Both the position numbers and the translations under genes were made by a program. This document shows positions 18,498 to 28,380 of a stretch of DNA of 64,000 nucleotides, in pieces. The first letter of the stretch is position 1, and each line of letters starts with the position of its first letter. The notes under the pieces were generated by a model. That model had not been told where the DNA came from. It did not search any database and saw nothing but the letters and a program-made list of their open reading frames with translations. The stretch is from Patescibacteria group bacterium (GTDB lineage Bacteria > Patescibacteriota > Microgenomatia > UBA1400 > UBA1449): NCBI GenBank assembly GCA_050942955.1, contig JBMNOG010000004.1:4431-68430 (forward strand), written 5' to 3'.

Positions 18498-19085
18498 ATG
18501 GTATCGTTAAAACAGATATCTGAACTTCAAGCTTTAGATAAAATATTTTATGACAGTAAAGACTTGTCAGTTTATCTCGAAGTAAGCGGAAGAACACTAG
18601 AGAACACGATAAAAAAGCTTCTAGATGAGAATGTATTAACGTCTCTTGAAAAGGGTAAGTACTATGTAACTTCAAAAAAACCTAATGAATTTCAAATCGC
18701 GCAATTTCTTTATAATCCCTCATACATCTCTTTTGAAACAGCGCTAAATTACTATGGTATTTTACCCCAGTTTCCTCAGGCTGTAACATCAGCAACAACA
18801 AAAAGAGCTAGAAGCAAGCTGGTTTCTGGAAAAGAGTATTCATATAGCCATATTAGCAAAAACTACTTTACTGGCTATGAAAACAGAGATGGGTTTCTTA
18901 TTGCTACTGCAGAAAAAGCTTTAATAGATCAAATATACTTCTCTTTTAAATCACTTAGATCTATAGACAACCTAGATGAATATGACGTTTCAAAGATAGA
19001 TAAAAACAAAGCTAAAGAATACGCAGAACTAATTGAAGGATCTTTAGGAAAAAGAATTGTTACATTTGTAAATGAAAACGTATGA
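18498..19085 (+). CDS. AbiEi-family antitoxin / transcriptional regulator (type IV TA, abortive infection AbiE)
   Basis: N-terminal wHTH-like region and the characteristic SYISFETALNYYGIL segment. 4-nt ATGA overlap with the downstream toxin gene. Confidence 0.7.
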   Translation: MVSLKQISELQALDKIFYDSKDLSVYLEVSGRTLENTIKKLLDENVLTSLEKGKYYVTSKKPNEFQIAQFLYNPSYISFETALNYYGILPQFPQAVTSATTKRARSKLVSGKEYSYSHISKNYFTGYENRDGFLIATAEKALIDQIYFSFKSLRSIDNLDEYDVSKIDKNKAKEYAELIEGSLGKRIVTFVNENV

Positions 19086-19852
19086 TAGACCTTGCCGCAA
19101 TTAAACAATTATCAACAAAGTATCAGATTAATCAATATGTAGTAGCACGAGAGTATCTTCAAATTGTCGTTCTAAAAGAACTGTATGAGGAAAATTTTTC
19201 TAAAGACATTTTTTTTAAAGGAGGCACTGCCATACGTATAGTGTATGGAGGACAACGATTTTCAGAAGACTTAGATTTCACCTCTCAGGCTACTGAAGGA
19301 TTTGAAGACAAAATCAATAAGTTCTTCCAAAACCTTACTAACAACTATCCTGTTACATTTAAGGAGAGAAAGTCACTTACTGGTAAAAGCTACCTTCTTA
19401 CCGGAAAAATTGAGTCATTATCTTCTCCCGTTTTTATTAGAACTGACTTCTCTTTAAGAGAGAATGTTTTAGAACCAACTAATCAAATACTAAGAACAGA
19501 TTACCCTGTTATTGTGCAAAATTTTATTCGCACGTTATCAAAAAATGAAATGCTTGCTGAAAAAGTGAGAGCAATCATAAAGAGAAAGAAACATAGGGAT
19601 ATTTATGATTTTTGGGTCCTCCTAGAGTTAGGGGCAGAGTTCAATACTACTTTGATCTCTAAAAAAATGGAGTTTTATGGAGAAAAATTTGATAAGAATA
19701 CTTTATTGAAAGAGCTTGGTAAGTTTAATAAAGACGACTTCACAAGAGACCTCTCTCCTCTTGTTAGCTATCAAGACAAAGAAAGGTTACCTCAGCTATT
19801 CGACTATGTATTGGCTTATGCAACTAAGGCAGTATCTTTACAGACTAATTAA
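19082..19852 (+). CDS. AbiEii-family nucleotidyltransferase toxin (DUF1814-like)
   Basis: FKGGTAIRIVYGGQRFSEDLDF is the nucleotidyltransferase GS...D.D motif typical of AbiEii. Translationally coupled to the upstream AbiEi gene. Confidence 0.75.
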   Translation: MIDLAAIKQLSTKYQINQYVVAREYLQIVVLKELYEENFSKDIFFKGGTAIRIVYGGQRFSEDLDFTSQATEGFEDKINKFFQNLTNNYPVTFKERKSLTGKSYLLTGKIESLSSPVFIRTDFSLRENVLEPTNQILRTDYPVIVQNFIRTLSKNEMLAEKVRAIIKRKKHRDIYDFWVLLELGAEFNTTLISKKMEFYGEKFDKNTLLKELGKFNKDDFTRDLSPLVSYQDKERLPQLFDYVLAYATKAVSLQTN

Positions 19853-20341
19853 GTTCTACTCTTACCATTTTAATAGTTATCTCACCATTTTCATACGTAA
19901 ATCCCAACTTCTTCAGTTCCTCATAAAGTTCTAGTACACTCTCGAGTAAGGTGTTCCACCTATGGGGCAATTGGCTCACAAATAAAGAAAACCTCGCGAA
20001 AGTGGGGTTTTTCTTTATTTTGACGATCTGGGACGAGAAGCAAGACATGAGCGAAGCGAGCGTCAGTCCCGAACTGGGTGAAAGCCAACTTCGGGGAGTC
20101 CCAGACGGCTCACTCTTTGGGAGTCAGTGTACGCTAACTCAATTTTTTATTGAAGAAGGTGGATTTCCAATAAAAATAGCTTTATTCCCCAAAAGTAAAA
20201 AGGCTATTGAAGAGTCAAATTACTGTTTAATTCTTAATAAAATTGTGGAGTCAAGATTATTAAAAACAAAAATACATAATAATAAATTTTTTGAGGAAAT
20301 ATATTTAGAAACTTTAAGCAAGCAATAGATATATTTATTTT

Positions 20342-20659
20342 ATGGATATAAAGAAAGCTCAAACTTTAGTAGATCATCATTTAGAAGAAATTGGGTACAA
20401 AAAAATTGAAACAACCACAGAACAAGCTTTTATCCACCTCATAGAAGAAACAGGAGAAGTGGCAAGAGCCATACTCCATAAACAAACAAAAAGGAACAAA
20501 CTGGCAACCACCACTGACCCTTCTAATCTTAAAGATGAAGTTGCAGATATCTTCTGGCAAACCCTAAAACTAGCTATTTATCTAGACATCGATCTAGATG
20601 CAGCCTTTAAAAATAAATACAGAAAAAATAGAAATAAGATGAAGAATAATAACAAATAA
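20342..20659 (+). CDS. MazG-like nucleoside triphosphate pyrophosphohydrolase domain protein (small)
   Basis: EEIGYKK...HLIEETGEVARAI...KDEVADIFWQTLKLA is the MazG EExxE / D motif pattern. 105 aa. Confidence 0.65.
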   Translation: MDIKKAQTLVDHHLEEIGYKKIETTTEQAFIHLIEETGEVARAILHKQTKRNKLATTTDPSNLKDEVADIFWQTLKLAIYLDIDLDAAFKNKYRKNRNKMKNNNK

Positions 20660-21143
20660 ATAAAGTTTATTAACATTCCTGCCCGAAAGGAAAAATAATA
20701 GGTCTTTGGGTAGGATTCTCCCTAATTTTTCTAATTGTCTCCCTCTTTTTTTCCAATCTTTATATATCGCCAAAATTTAAACTTTATTCAAAGCGTTATT
20801 CAAGTAACGGTAATCTTATCAGGTTTGCTCTCAGCTGGATTCTTTACTTGTAGAGTTAAATATATTTCCAGTTCCGGAAATCCAGAAGCGTTAGAAAAAT
20901 CTAAGCGCACTAGTTTTTAAAAAGACTTGTTTTGTGTGTTTCTGTTTGAAAATTAACTCTGTTCTTATGTTTTATTAATAATTGTCAACTAGACTTTAGC
21001 TGTACTTTGACATTGCCCATCCATATACCCAGATCATACATCTCCATTCTTACACACGCGTAAGAACTAGCTAGAGCAACTGCTTATGCTTTAATTGTAG
21101 GAACGATCCCTAGAACCCTAGCTTAACTAGAAGGAGTAAACCC

Positions 21144-21392
21144 ATGCGCAACCGCAACCGGTTAGTAACACTATTCACGGTTATCTGGATCCCAGTCGCT
21201 CTATTTATATGCTTTCTCGTTTTATTGGGAACGGATCTCGCTCCAACAGCATACGGAGTTTTCTGGAACATCATTGGTGCCATCATTGCTATAGTAGCCA
21301 GCGGAGCTCTACTCATAGCAATACCTCTCTTTTTTATCTTTGGAATTCCATGGTTAATCGCGAGATTAACACGTAACCGAAGGAGAAGGTAA
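21144..21392 (+). CDS. small 2-TM membrane protein (82 aa) with Arg-rich C-terminus
   Basis: Strong SD AAGGAG 7 nt upstream. Two hydrophobic helices. Ends RLTRNRRRR. Confidence 0.5.
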   Translation: MRNRNRLVTLFTVIWIPVALFICFLVLLGTDLAPTAYGVFWNIIGAIIAIVASGALLIAIPLFFIFGIPWLIARLTRNRRRR

Positions 21393-21512
21393 GAATTATC
21401 AAGTTAGGCAGATGGGCATCAAAGCCGGGGGGCTGAAACCTCAAAGTTATTCTTTACTGCTGTTTTAGTCCCCCTAGTTCGATTATTCAGCCTTTCAGCA
21501 AAGCAAAATAAA

Positions 21513-21776
21513 CTAAGGTTTAACCTGACCCCTTCTTCTAGCTTTTTCTCTCTCCTCTCTAGCTTTGGCATGTGCTTGAGCATGCTCCCTATCTAAACGT
21601 ATTTTCATATCAGTCTTCTTCTGACATTCCGGATCAGGGCAAACCATGATAGTATGGGTAACTTTGCTTGTGCCACCATATGTCTTAATCTCTTCAATCC
21701 AGGTTTTTGCTACAATTCTTTCTTTTCCACAGATCGGACATGGGTTAAATTTTCCAGACTTAGGATCAGATACCAT
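21513..21776 (-). CDS. small zinc-ribbon protein (CPIC...CPDPEC) with a basic C-terminal tail
   Basis: Two CxxC pairs spaced ~30 aa apart. Lys/Arg-rich tail. Confidence 0.5.
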   Translation of the reverse strand: MVSDPKSGKFNPCPICGKERIVAKTWIEEIKTYGGTSKVTHTIMVCPDPECQKKTDMKIRLDREHAQAHAKAREEREKARRRGQVKP

Positions 21777-21974
21777 GTTAATAGTTCCTGATTAGGGAGA
21801 AAGATACAGGCAGGTCCGAGTGATACCGGGGTATCTTTAACAAGCTAAACAAGGAGGAATATGTTTTACTCCTGCATAAATTCTGTACTAGTATAGCAGG
21901 AATTTACAACCATTTCAGACCAAAAAAAGAGGCCTGCAAATACAGACCTCTTAGAATTAGCAAGAAATACTAAT

Positions 21975-22268
21975 TTACCAACGTTTAGAATCGGAGTGTT
22001 CCCTTCTATTCTCACGTGGTTGCATAGGACGGGCTTCGTTAACAATAATGTTACGTCCACCAAAATCTTTGCCATTGAGAGTTTCAATTGCATTTTTAGC
22101 TTCTTCTTCACTGGACATTTCAACAAAACCAAAACCTTTACTTCTACCACTGAATCTGTCCATGATTACGTTAGCAGAAACTACCTGACCAGCTTGTGAG
22201 AAAAACTCTTCCAGCTGCTCATTAGTTACAGTATAGGGTAAACTACCTACAAATAACTTGGTTGCCAT
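21975..22268 (-). CDS. RNA-binding protein with RRM domain
   Basis: RNP-2 LFVGSL and RNP-1 KGFGFVEM. ~97 aa, glycine-loop type. Confidence 0.85.
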   Translation of the reverse strand: MATKLFVGSLPYTVTNEQLEEFFSQAGQVVSANVIMDRFSGRSKGFGFVEMSSEEEAKNAIETLNGKDFGGRNIIVNEARPMQPRENRREHSDSKRW

Positions 22269-22512
22269 TACTCTTCACCTCCTAAATATAAAACTTGAAT
22301 CCGTTTAATTGAAATTAAGACTTAAAGAAGTAGGAAAATGCAGACATTGCGACCACACTTCACAAAAAGATCTCTATCAACTAACAATTGATTCGCGAAC
22401 TTTTAAATAACAGCGTAATTATATACCATATCTAATAAAAGTTAATCAGGAAGTTTAATCTTATTTTTTTCATGAATTTTCCGAACGTAGGTATTATTGT
22501 TATAGTGAACCT

Positions 22513-24768
22513 ATGCAGTTTCTACCAAAAAAAATTACATTCCTCAAAAAACTCGTGCTTTTGCTGTCATGTTTACTTTTTACTACTCTTATTCTTGTCT
22601 TTTTTCTTTTATACAGAGAGTACCTTAGAGAGATAAATCAAGAAGAAAGCGTCTTTAATGTCCCGCCGGTTCTGGTTGAAACAGATTACAAACCACCATG
22701 TCTGCAACAGGTAAATCAAGACGGTTGGGAAATTAAGGATGGCAAGGTACTTACCTATCCAAGATGCCTGACAGTCATGAACAGCCGTTTTGGCTCCCGT
22801 TTTAACTTTGACTGGTATTTCGGCCAACAAAAAGTTAAATCAAGCTCCATGGGTAATATGCAGGACTTTGATAGTAACTTCGTTATTCAGATTTCGGATA
22901 GTGAGAAGTCAACCCAACTTTTTCCCCTGCAGCCCAATTCTGAACCAGTGAAAGTTTCATCGAGTTTGGGTCTAACCTACCATGAAATCAACTTTGAACT
23001 TGAAGATGTCGTTTTAACCGTCATTGTGCGTTCACCCTTTGCACCAAGTAAATCAGTGAAAGATGAGAACACAAAACTAAGCGTTGCGCCATTCTTCTAT
23101 ATTGATTTTGAAGTAGAAAATAAAACTCAGAACATTCTGGAAAAAACTATAAGTATCTCCCTTGGTGATTTTGAGAAGAGAGAAGATAAGAGAAACCGGA
23201 TTATGCTCTACTATCTTGATCCGATAGATAGTAATGCTCAAAGAGTTTTAACTGCTGCTAATGACAAAGATATTGAGGCCGATGTACGAAAATTTAGCGG
23301 TGGTATTCGCTGGAACATTCTTATAAAACCTCAAGAGAAAACAGGAAAACGTTTAGTTTACGCAAATTATACAGATAATACTGCCCTAGTTGAAAGTTTT
23401 AATACTGCCCCTAAGACGCATGAGAGTAATGCAAGCGTCACTGTATCGTCCCCAAATACCAATAGACACCAACTTAAGTTCGCATATACAAATTGGTTTA
23501 AAAATGTAGTTGACGTTGTCAATTACGCGTTTTCCAACCAGAGAAAAATTCTTAGAGCCACAGATGATTTTGAAAAAATCCTAAGCTCAAATACTAGTTT
23601 AACTCCACAAGAAAAATGGCTAGCGGCTCAAGCATTCCACTCATATATTGGCAATACGAGATTAGTATATGATTTGCAGCAAAAAGAATACGGCTACTAT
23701 GTCTGGGAGGGTGAGTTTAAGTACTTAAACACCCTGGATGTCGCTCATGATTACGCTGTAGTTGAAGGTATGTATTTTCCCTGGGTCTTAAAGTATGAAC
23801 TTGAGTCCTGGAAAAAAGCAGTCAAATATGATGAGAAGGGCGCTGTTATTCCTCATGATCTTGGCATCCACCACAGCGTTACCGGTACAGAAGCATACCA
23901 GATACCCGGCTGGCAAACTTCAGGTATGCCGGTTGAAGAGAATGCTAACTTCATTATTTTAAGCTACTGGTACTTACATAACACCGGAGACACAGTATTT
24001 ATTAAAGAACTTTCTCCTTTTCTCTCTGAATTGGTGCTTTCTCTTGTTAACCGCGATCAGAACGGCAATGGCATCGCTGACTCAAACATAGGTATGACTA
24101 CCTACGATTCTGATTCAAACTCTGCTCTCAAAGATGGACCGGATAGCAGTTACTTAGCCTTAAAACAACTGACTGTTTACATTTTTGCTGAAAAAATATT
24201 TGCTTTGACGGACGATACCCAAGCGCAAGAGCTTGTTCGAGAACAGACACTGCATATCTCTAACTCTCTTGCGAATGTCTACGAGCAGTACGGCTTCATT
24301 CCATTATCTTTAGATCCGGAGTTTGTGGAGAAAAATCAATTTGAAGGCAAGAAAGTAAAAGGTATTGAAGAGCAGGGATTTGCCTATATCTCAGGTTTAT
24401 ACTACCTGGCTTTAACTGAAACTAACTCACCATATCTAAAAGAATTGTTACCAGCACTTTCAAAAACATATCCTAGCGCTTACGAGAAATCGCTGGTAAA
24501 AAGCTCGCAAGGTGCAGTAGTTGGTCTCCAGCTTACCGAGTATCAGGCATTAAATTTGGGCTGGTTTTCCCATAGCCTCATGGCAGATTATATTGCCGAG
24601 AAGCTGTTTACCCAAGATTACAACTCCTGGGAAACATTTTACCCGAGAATTTATGACAGTCCTTATGGGTTTACCGACGGCCACTACTTTAATGAGCCCT
24701 TCTATCCGCCGCGTCTATGTTTACTTTACTACCCAAGAGGAGTTACAATTTTCTCTTTCTTAAAATAG
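22513..24768 (+). CDS. large membrane-anchored protein, C-terminal (alpha/alpha)6-barrel glycoside-hydrolase-like / glutaminase-A-like region (tentative)
   Basis: N-terminal TM (LVLLLSCLLFTTLILVFFLL). The C-terminal half contains PHDLGIHHS... and SYWYLHNTGD..., reminiscent of six-hairpin glycosidase superfamily proteins. Confidence 0.5.
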   Translation: MQFLPKKITFLKKLVLLLSCLLFTTLILVFFLLYREYLREINQEESVFNVPPVLVETDYKPPCLQQVNQDGWEIKDGKVLTYPRCLTVMNSRFGSRFNFDWYFGQQKVKSSSMGNMQDFDSNFVIQISDSEKSTQLFPLQPNSEPVKVSSSLGLTYHEINFELEDVVLTVIVRSPFAPSKSVKDENTKLSVAPFFYIDFEVENKTQNILEKTISISLGDFEKREDKRNRIMLYYLDPIDSNAQRVLTAANDKDIEADVRKFSGGIRWNILIKPQEKTGKRLVYANYTDNTALVESFNTAPKTHESNASVTVSSPNTNRHQLKFAYTNWFKNVVDVVNYAFSNQRKILRATDDFEKILSSNTSLTPQEKWLAAQAFHSYIGNTRLVYDLQQKEYGYYVWEGEFKYLNTLDVAHDYAVVEGMYFPWVLKYELESWKKAVKYDEKGAVIPHDLGIHHSVTGTEAYQIPGWQTSGMPVEENANFIILSYWYLHNTGDTVFIKELSPFLSELVLSLVNRDQNGNGIADSNIGMTTYDSDSNSALKDGPDSSYLALKQLTVYIFAEKIFALTDDTQAQELVREQTLHISNSLANVYEQYGFIPLSLDPEFVEKNQFEGKKVKGIEEQGFAYISGLYYLALTETNSPYLKELLPALSKTYPSAYEKSLVKSSQGAVVGLQLTEYQALNLGWFSHSLMADYIAEKLFTQDYNSWETFYPRIYDSPYGFTDGHYFNEPFYPPRLCLLYYPRGVTIFSFLK

Positions 24769-24851
24769 TTTCATTTAGTTCTTACACGTCTTTTATGTAC
24801 CTATTACCTTCCAATACTAAATTAGATAAGAATTATAAATGAATGAAAATT

Positions 24852-25091
24852 ATGCCCTACAAAAGCAATTCTGAACTACCTGAATCAGTGCGCAAGTCTT
24901 TGCCTGAACACGGACAAGACATTTATCGTGAGGCCTACAATAGCGCCTGGGAGCAGTACGATGAGCCTGAGGAGAGACGGGGTGGTAGGTCAAGAGAAGA
25001 AACAGCTCATGCCATTGCTTGGAGCGCTGTAAAAAAAGAATATGAAAGAGTCACGCAAGGCAAGTGGGTAAAAAAAAGAAGACTAACCTAG
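24852..25091 (+). CDS. chaB: ChaB-family protein (cation transport regulator-like)
   Basis: MPYKSNSELPESVRKSLPEHGQDIYREAYNSAWEQY...REETAHAIAWSAVKKEY aligns almost residue-for-residue with E. coli ChaB. Confidence 0.85.
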   Translation: MPYKSNSELPESVRKSLPEHGQDIYREAYNSAWEQYDEPEERRGGRSREETAHAIAWSAVKKEYERVTQGKWVKKRRLT

Positions 25092-25708
25092 CGGCTTTCG
25101 TTCCGAGGTTTCACTCTTTTATACCTTTCCAAAATTAGTTGCTTATTCCTTTCAAAAATGGAGCGTAAGCGATCATCATCTTTAGTTTCATCATCGTCTT
25201 TATCTTCCTCTTTTTTCTCATCTCTTTCTTCCCATACTCCTCGGGTTCTTTCATCATCCTTGCTTTCTTCCTTTTTCTCTGCTTTTTCACCAGCTTTAGT
25301 TGCTTCCTTTTCAGTTTCTACCCTAACAGTTTCCTGGATTACGTCAGACTTCTTTACTGGTTTTGGCGGCACTTCAAGACCTTCAACTTCATCTTTAATT
25401 TCTGGCAGAGTGGATTTTTCCGGATTGCCACTTATAGCTACACGTACGGTATCTGAAAACTGTCTGAGAGGGTACAGGGAGTCGCCTGGTTTTGCAACAG
25501 AGGCTCTTACATAAGTCAGACCTCCACCGATTAACAGTGCAATAAGAATCATAAAAGGTATAGCTACCCGAAGGAAGGGATGTCTGAAAGTCACTTGATC
25601 TTCCAAAAGTGGAACTATGTCTTCCCAGCTCTGCTTAACTTTTCCAGGAGTAACAGTTATAGAAAGGTAATCCTGTTTTCGTCCTTTAAGGTAAGTATCA
25701 GTTTTCAT
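25088..25708 (-). CDS. putative anti-sigma factor (single-TM, acidic C-terminal domain) cotranscribed with the ECF sigma
   Basis: Overlaps the upstream sigma gene by 11 nt. TM LRVAIPFMILIALLIGGGL. Very Glu/Asp/Lys-rich tail. Confidence 0.5.
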   Translation of the reverse strand: MKTDTYLKGRKQDYLSITVTPGKVKQSWEDIVPLLEDQVTFRHPFLRVAIPFMILIALLIGGGLTYVRASVAKPGDSLYPLRQFSDTVRVAISGNPEKSTLPEIKDEVEGLEVPPKPVKKSDVIQETVRVETEKEATKAGEKAEKKEESKDDERTRGVWEERDEKKEEDKDDDETKDDDRLRSIFERNKQLILERYKRVKPRNESR

Positions 25709-26240
25709 ACGTATATTCTTTTATATATTGTCGCATTTTCTTTAAAATCCGGTGAACTCTGACTCTAACAGCTCCTTCTTCCTTATTAACAACTTGGGCA
25801 ATCTCATTGAAAGATAACTCTTCAAAATATCGTAAAACAATTAACAGTTTTTCAAACTCCTTCAAAAACCCCATGGTTTTATACACTACTGCTTTTTGTT
25901 CCTTAGAAAGAAGGGTTTCCTGGATATCATCATCTGAGGGAATGGTTTCGGCCGTATCTAGCGCTAAGTTTTTCTTCTTACGCTTAAAATCGATAACAGC
26001 GTTTCTGGCAACAGCGAAGATAAAAGCCTGGAGCGTTCCCTTCTGAACATCAAAAGAAGATAAGGATTTCCAGGTCTTTAAAAATGTATTCTGCGTTAGA
26101 TCAGAGGCAGTTTCCGGATCATACACCATATAGTAGATAAACCGGTAAATCCGCTTGTAGAAGGTCTCGTAAATCTGTCCAAACGCCTGTTTGTCTCCAT
26201 GCTTAGCCAAGATGACCAAAGCGTCTAGTTCTTCTGACAT
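25698..26240 (-). CDS. ECF-type RNA polymerase sigma factor (sigma-70 regions 2 and 4)
   Basis: Region 2 FYKRIYRFIYYMVYDPETASDLTQNTFLKTWKSL. Region 4 LIVLRYFEELSFNEIAQVVNKEEGAVRVRVHRILKKMR. Confidence 0.85.
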   Translation of the reverse strand: MSEELDALVILAKHGDKQAFGQIYETFYKRIYRFIYYMVYDPETASDLTQNTFLKTWKSLSSFDVQKGTLQAFIFAVARNAVIDFKRKKKNLALDTAETIPSDDDIQETLLSKEQKAVVYKTMGFLKEFEKLLIVLRYFEELSFNEIAQVVNKEEGAVRVRVHRILKKMRQYIKEYTYEN

Positions 26241-26336
26241 AGCGGCATTATACCTTACTAACTATGTAATACGTGCAAGTCCCGGTTTTGTAACATTATT
26301 GCTTGGTCTTCGTTATATGTAGTGAAAGGAGATATT

Positions 26337-27017
26337 ATGAAAAATCTTACTATCACGTTTCTCACGTTTTTGTTTGTTGTTATCCTTGGTACCCAAATTG
26401 CGCTTGCCAAAGAGGGTTCTGGAGGAAAAGATAAAAAACCTGACCTTAAAGCTAAAATTACTACTCAGCTTGAACATGTCAGTCAATTTCTGAAAGCAAA
26501 GGTTAACAATGAAACCTTTGACATTCAGGGTGAGATAGAGTCTGCATCTGAGACAAGTTTTATTGTTGGCGGCCAGACTATTATCGTTGATCCTACCATG
26601 GTTGCCAAATTTACCCAAAAAGGCATTCTGGAAGAGGGGCAAAGAGTAAAAGTCAGAGGGATTATTACAGAAGATGGATACTTAGCTCAAGATATTAATG
26701 TTATCGGCACCGGACAGGGCAGGTATCAATTTAAGTTTGAAAACGGCGTTGTCGTCACCCCTACTCCGGATGAGAATGCCGATGATGATACACAGGATGC
26801 TACCCCAAGTGCATCACCCAGCCCTACCCCTCAAGGCAGCCTTAATTCGGGTACAGATGGTCTTATCGGAAGCCTGAACTCCGACACTGAAACTACTACC
26901 GGTAGCCTTGATTCGTCTACAGAAAGAGTAACAACCAGAATTAGAATCTCAGGAACTCTAGAAAGGGTTAGGGCTTTTATCGATAATTTATTTTCGTACT
27001 TTAGTCTTAGCTTTTAA
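26337..27017 (+). CDS. secreted protein with Ser/Thr/Asp-rich C-terminal region, hypothetical
   Basis: AAGGAG SD. Signal peptide MKNLTITFLTFLFVVILGTQIALA. Confidence 0.5.
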   Translation: MKNLTITFLTFLFVVILGTQIALAKEGSGGKDKKPDLKAKITTQLEHVSQFLKAKVNNETFDIQGEIESASETSFIVGGQTIIVDPTMVAKFTQKGILEEGQRVKVRGIITEDGYLAQDINVIGTGQGRYQFKFENGVVVTPTPDENADDDTQDATPSASPSPTPQGSLNSGTDGLIGSLNSDTETTTGSLDSSTERVTTRIRISGTLERVRAFIDNLFSYFSLSF

Positions 27018-27040
27018 TTCGATTTCTTTATAGGGCAGGA

Positions 27041-27070
27041 ATTAGCGCCCCACTAGGGGCGCTAATAGAT
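27041..27070 (+). terminator. hairpin terminator (perfect 10-bp GC-rich stem)
   Basis: ttagcgcccc-acta-ggggcgctaa followed by tagattttgac. Confidence 0.55.
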
Positions 27071-27392
27071 TTTGACTTTAGGTAGAATACCTGTTTTGAG
27101 CCTTTTCTAATAGTTGAAACGTTAAATAAAATTAAAAAAGAGATAACAAAAATAACTAAAACTAGCATTAATACAACAGTTTTGTTTTTACTCTTTTGCC
27201 TTTTTGCTATCATTCTCTACATAGTATAACTTTGAGGATAGACTTACCATGTAGCGGTAAAAGATAGGAAAGCAATTGTTATTGTCCTGGTATTTTGGAT
27301 CTTGCTATTAGTTAAAAAATAGCTACAGCAAATAAATTTTGACAGTTTATTCAGCTTAACAAAAATAACAGCTATCCTTTACAATAAGCAGT

Positions 27393-28310
27393 ATGAGAGT
27401 TGTCCACTTAAATGTAACCAGTCTCTTCTCTTCACTCCTACAGGGTGAGAAATACCCTCTCTCTCTTGAGAAGACCAATACCATAGCTAATCCCCATACT
27501 ATTGAGGCAGTAACGCTAACTCCAAGATCAAAAGTAAACGATGATAATCTTCAAAACTTGCCGTCTCTCAAACTTATTGTCACCAGAAGTGTCGGAGTTG
27601 ATCACATAGATAAAAATGCGTGTAAAAAGCGTAACATTGCGGTGTATCACATAGAAGACTACGGCGCCTTCAATATTGCTGAACATACCCTAGCGCTTCT
27701 CCTATCCGGAACCAGAAACATTGTTAGATCACAGAGAAACATTAACGCTGGAAAGTTCGAGCACGAGAATTTAGCTGGATTTGCTTTAAGGAACAAAACA
27801 GTAGGCATTATTGGTACAGGTAAAATTGGGCTTGAATTCATTAAGCTCCTTAAACCGTTTGACGTAAACGTTATTGCCTATGATATTTTTGAAAATTATG
27901 AAGCCCAAAAGCGTCTGGGTTTTACCTATACCACATTTGAATCGCTACTTAAGGAAAGTGATGTTATCAGTCTGCACGCACCCCTAACCCCAAAAACCCG
28001 CCACATGGTAAATCAAAAGGCTATCCAGCTCATGAAGGAAGATGTCATCCTCGTCAATACCGCCAGGGGTGATTTAATAAACACTCAAGACCTTGTGAAA
28101 AATATTGTAAAGTTTAGATTTGTTGGACTTGACGTTTTAGAAGACGAAGCCAGCTTTAGCAAAAGCCATCCGCTATTAGCTTTTCATAACGTACTCATCA
28201 CCCCTCATATGGCTTATCTTTCTGAGTACTCCCTGAAAAAGATTTGTGAGGAAACAGAGAAGTGTATCACCAGCTTCATGAATAACAACTCCAGTGGACG
28301 AATCGTTTAG
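27393..28310 (+). CDS. D-isomer-specific 2-hydroxyacid dehydrogenase family protein
   Basis: NAD-binding GIIGTGKIGLEF and the catalytic-domain pattern. 305 aa. Confidence 0.8.
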   Translation: MRVVHLNVTSLFSSLLQGEKYPLSLEKTNTIANPHTIEAVTLTPRSKVNDDNLQNLPSLKLIVTRSVGVDHIDKNACKKRNIAVYHIEDYGAFNIAEHTLALLLSGTRNIVRSQRNINAGKFEHENLAGFALRNKTVGIIGTGKIGLEFIKLLKPFDVNVIAYDIFENYEAQKRLGFTYTTFESLLKESDVISLHAPLTPKTRHMVNQKAIQLMKEDVILVNTARGDLINTQDLVKNIVKFRFVGLDVLEDEASFSKSHPLLAFHNVLITPHMAYLSEYSLKKICEETEKCITSFMNNNSSGRIV

Positions 28311-28380
28311 TTTCTGATTACTAAGTTCTTACCCCTTCATTACTCCATTTTCACGCCCTCACTTTAGCTTGAGTTGACTA

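Larger units (their letters stand above)
18335..20114 (+). mobile_element. tRNA-Lys-associated mini genomic islet (AbiE module) bounded by a direct repeat of the tRNA 3' end
   Basis: The 18-bp repeat gagtcccagacggctcac occurs at 18318-18335 (inside the tRNA) and again at 20097-20114. The second copy also keeps the T-stem halves ctggg...cccag. The intervening DNA is AT-rich. No integrase is present. Confidence 0.6.

Noticed and set aside
19845-20328. Small ORFs 19845..20048(-) and 19951..20328(+) between AbiEii and the att repeat
   Set aside because: They overlap each other and the att-like repeat and have no RBS or motif. Kept only as possible remnants.
25158-25514. 118-aa Ser-rich ORF
   Set aside because: Antisense to the anti-sigma factor gene. 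The Ser/Leu-rich composition is typical of antisense to Glu/Lys-rich coding sequence.
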